A program made the position numbers and the translations under genes. 64,000 bases of DNA. Origin: Bulleidia sp. Its GTDB lineage: Bacteria; Bacillota; Clostridia; Oscillospirales; Ruminococcaceae. This document shows positions 62,297 through 64,000 of the stretch, one piece after another. The stretch is from contig CAVKDR010000006.1 of NCBI GenBank assembly GCA_963655125.1, forward strand, positions 85,521-149,520. Reading direction: 5' to 3'. The notes under the pieces are model-generated. The model did not search any database. It was not told where the DNA came from and was given only the letters and a program-made list of their open reading frames with translations. Within the stretch, counting starts at the first letter, position 1, and each line of letters opens with the position of its first letter.

Positions 62297-62953
62297 TTAT
62301 TTCACCGCCGCTTTCATCATCCACTTCGCCCCGCACACAGCAAGCACTGCCAGCACACCTACGGGGAACACCAGCATCCACGGGCACTCCGCCAGCGGGT
62401 GCAGCCATTTGTCAACGCTGACACACCCGCCAATAAACAAAAAGTACAGCACCCAGCCGCCCGTGCGGCCAAACCGGCTGAGTACGCCTGCCCACACAAG
62501 CCCCACCAACACCGGCAGTACGGCGCAGACCGGCCACACAAAAACCGGGATACCCCGCCACAACTCACTGACGGCAAACAGTGGGAAGAACCCATGGTTC
62601 ATGGCCCCCAGCCCCGTGATCGTCACGGCGGCAATCGCTTCAGCAAGTGCGGTCATCCGCAAAATATGCAGGCAGATGCCCGCCAAAAGCCCGCGTCTGC
62701 TGGCGCTGAATTGCAGCAGCAGGGGAAAGCTGCCGCACAGGTATACAGCCCCCGGCACACAGCAAAGGATCACGGTTAAAATCATGCCTACGCCGGTCAA
62801 CAGCAGCAACGCTTCGGGGTCATCCTCGGTGGCGGCCAGCAGGGCGGTCACTTCGCCCCCCGCCACCGGGAACAGCGCGGCGGGCACTGCCAGCCAAAGA
62901 TCCGGCGCTTCAAAGCGCAGGCAGGCGGAAATCATTCGTTTCATCACAAACAC
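62297..62953 (-). CDS. Polytopic membrane protein (probable ABC-2 type permease component)
   Basis: 218 aa, all hydrophobic helices; downstream of the ABC ATPase on the minus strand. Confidence 0.45.
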   Translation of the reverse strand: MFVMKRMISACLRFEAPDLWLAVPAALFPVAGGEVTALLAATEDDPEALLLLTGVGMILTVILCCVPGAVYLCGSFPLLLQFSASRRGLLAGICLHILRMTALAEAIAAVTITGLGAMNHGFFPLFAVSELWRGIPVFVWPVCAVLPVLVGLVWAGVLSRFGRTGGWVLYFLFIGGCVSVDKWLHPLAECPWMLVFPVGVLAVLAVCGAKWMMKAAVK

Positions 62954-62959
62954 CTCACA

Positions 62960-63610
62960 TCAGCGCACGGCTGCCTGGCGCAGCGCCCGCAGGGCAGCAG
63001 TCATCAGCAGGCAGGCGGCTACGGTAAGCGCCGCGCAGTAGGGCACAAACCACTGCGGCAAAAAATACGCCAGCAGCATAAACACAAAGATCTGGGCAGA
63101 TGCCACAATATACAAAAGGATCTTTGCAGTCAAACCCAGCGCCTGCGGCCAGGCAGTGGGCAGGGCGGTACCGGCCACAGAACCGGTTGCCGCCAAAAAC
63201 AGCATCAGGCAAAAGCCGCCCACCGGGTGCAGCCCGCATTGCAGCAAAAATACATTACGCCCGGCCGCTTCCTCTGTTGGCATCCATAGCGAAAGCTGCG
63301 CTGCCAGCACCGTAAACGCTTCAGCAAACAAGCCGCCAACCACCCAAAGTGCCAGAATGGCCCGGCGGATGCTTTGCCGTGTGGCCCCAAAACTCAGTGC
63401 CAGCTGACTATAAGCAGCGGAAAACTGCCAAAACGAAATGTGCAGAAAAATGCCATACAAAAAGCAGAAAGAAATGGCATAATGGGAGAAGATGACCATC
63501 TTCGTCAGCCCGCCCAACGCCAAAGTGCCAAAGTAAAACAGGGTGGCAGCGCCCAGCATCTGGGCAAGCGGCCAGGCAAAAAAGCGCAGCGTTTTAACAG
63601 TGCCTTTCAT
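62960..63610 (-). CDS. Polytopic membrane protein (probable ABC-2 type permease component)
   Basis: Starts MKGTVKTLRFF at 63610, preceded by AGGAGGG; 6 TM; 2 bp after the ABC ATPase stop. Confidence 0.5.
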   Translation of the reverse strand: MKGTVKTLRFFAWPLAQMLGAATLFYFGTLALGGLTKMVIFSHYAISFCFLYGIFLHISFWQFSAAYSQLALSFGATRQSIRRAILALWVVGGLFAEAFTVLAAQLSLWMPTEEAAGRNVFLLQCGLHPVGGFCLMLFLAATGSVAGTALPTAWPQALGLTAKILLYIVASAQIFVFMLLAYFLPQWFVPYCAALTVAACLLMTAALRALRQAAVR

Positions 63611-63611
63611 C

Positions 63612-64000
63612 TTATCCCTCCTGATGCTCCTGCTCATGGCCGCACAGCGCTACAAATACCTTTTGCAGGCTAAGGCCCGTGCAGTCCACATCCAGCCCTT
63701 TGGCGGTGATGGTCCCGGCAGGAACCCGCACCACGCAGGACTTCTGCCGCCCCAGCGTTTCGGTGTGCAGGATGTTAAGCCCGGCGCAGGCTTCGTTCAC
63801 CACATCGTCCCGCCCGGTCACGGCGCAGAACTGCGCCAGCAGTTCATCGGCATCGCAGGCTTCGATCAAATGCCCCTCTTTCATGATGAGCACTTTCTCA
63901 AACACGTTCGAGGCTTCTTCCAGAATGTGGGTAGAGACAACGAACGTCCGCCCGGTTTCGGCGTAATCGTCCAGCAGCAGGCGGTAAAAATCTTCCCGCG
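63612..64000 (-). CDS. ABC transporter ATP-binding protein, 5'-truncated by window edge
   Basis: The frame is open to 64000. Translation ...TGRTFVVSTHILEEASNVFEKVLIMKEGHL shows the H-loop/D-loop region of an ABC ATPase. Confidence 0.7.
   Translation of the reverse strand, partial: REDFYRLLLDDYAETGRTFVVSTHILEEASNVFEKVLIMKEGHLIEACDADELLAQFCAVTGRDDVVNEACAGLNILHTETLGRQKSCVVRVPAGTITAKGLDVDCTGLSLQKVFVALCGHEQEHQEG

Overview
This 64 kb window is a high-GC (about 60%) Firmicutes/Clostridia-type chromosomal segment, possibly from a Ruminococcaceae-like organism such as Faecalibacterium. That taxonomic guess comes from gene content and composition only. It is almost entirely densely packed, conserved housekeeping genes, mostly on the + strand:
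- the partial end of a cell-wall polysaccharide locus (two RgpF-family proteins and an acyltransferase-3);
- hprK, PHP phosphoesterase, glcK, murB, rapZ, whiA;
- dnaE, pfkA, rpsB, tsf;
- a TIGR03960 radical-SAM / DUF2344 pair;
- rplS (with an L19 leader), lepB, rbgA, rnhB, yraN;
- thrC, tig, clpP, clpX, groES, groEL (with a perfect CIRCE operator);
- vanZ-like protein, a PBP transpeptidase, a T-box leader plus alaS, HIT protein, a PRTase, comEC, holA, a Toprim/RNase M5-like protein;
- a convergent minus-strand block (RluA-family pseudouridine synthase, a large polytopic membrane protein, xpt);
- a livJHMGF branched-chain amino-acid ABC operon;
- prfA, sua5/tsaC, coaE, an SLT transglycosylase, an M18 aminopeptidase;
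- three tandem tRNA-Ala(GGC) genes;
- yunB, ligA, and a partial minus-strand ABC-2 type transporter.

The main anomaly is a roughly 3.1 kb low-GC island (about 29.88-33.0 kb) between groEL and vanZ, bracketed by strong terminators. It encodes a divergent XRE regulator and a three-gene operon: a tail-anchored zinc-ribbon/TPR-like protein, an SPFH (Band_7_1-like) protein with three C-terminal zinc ribbons, and a small 4-TM protein. This resembles a PspA-less YdjG/YdjI-type membrane-stress or defence-like module and is the best candidate for an undescribed accessory system.

Other notable points:
- a family of GC-rich tandem-hairpin intergenic repeats, with three loci including one head-to-head dimer;
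- a perfect 310-bp tandem array of tRNA-Ala genes, each with its own consensus promoter and terminator;
- rapZ-whiA adjacency without yvcK;
- a comEC with a degenerate C-terminal domain.

No CRISPR array, transposase or integrase was recognised. The many long minus-strand ORFs in the track are antisense artefacts of the high GC content.
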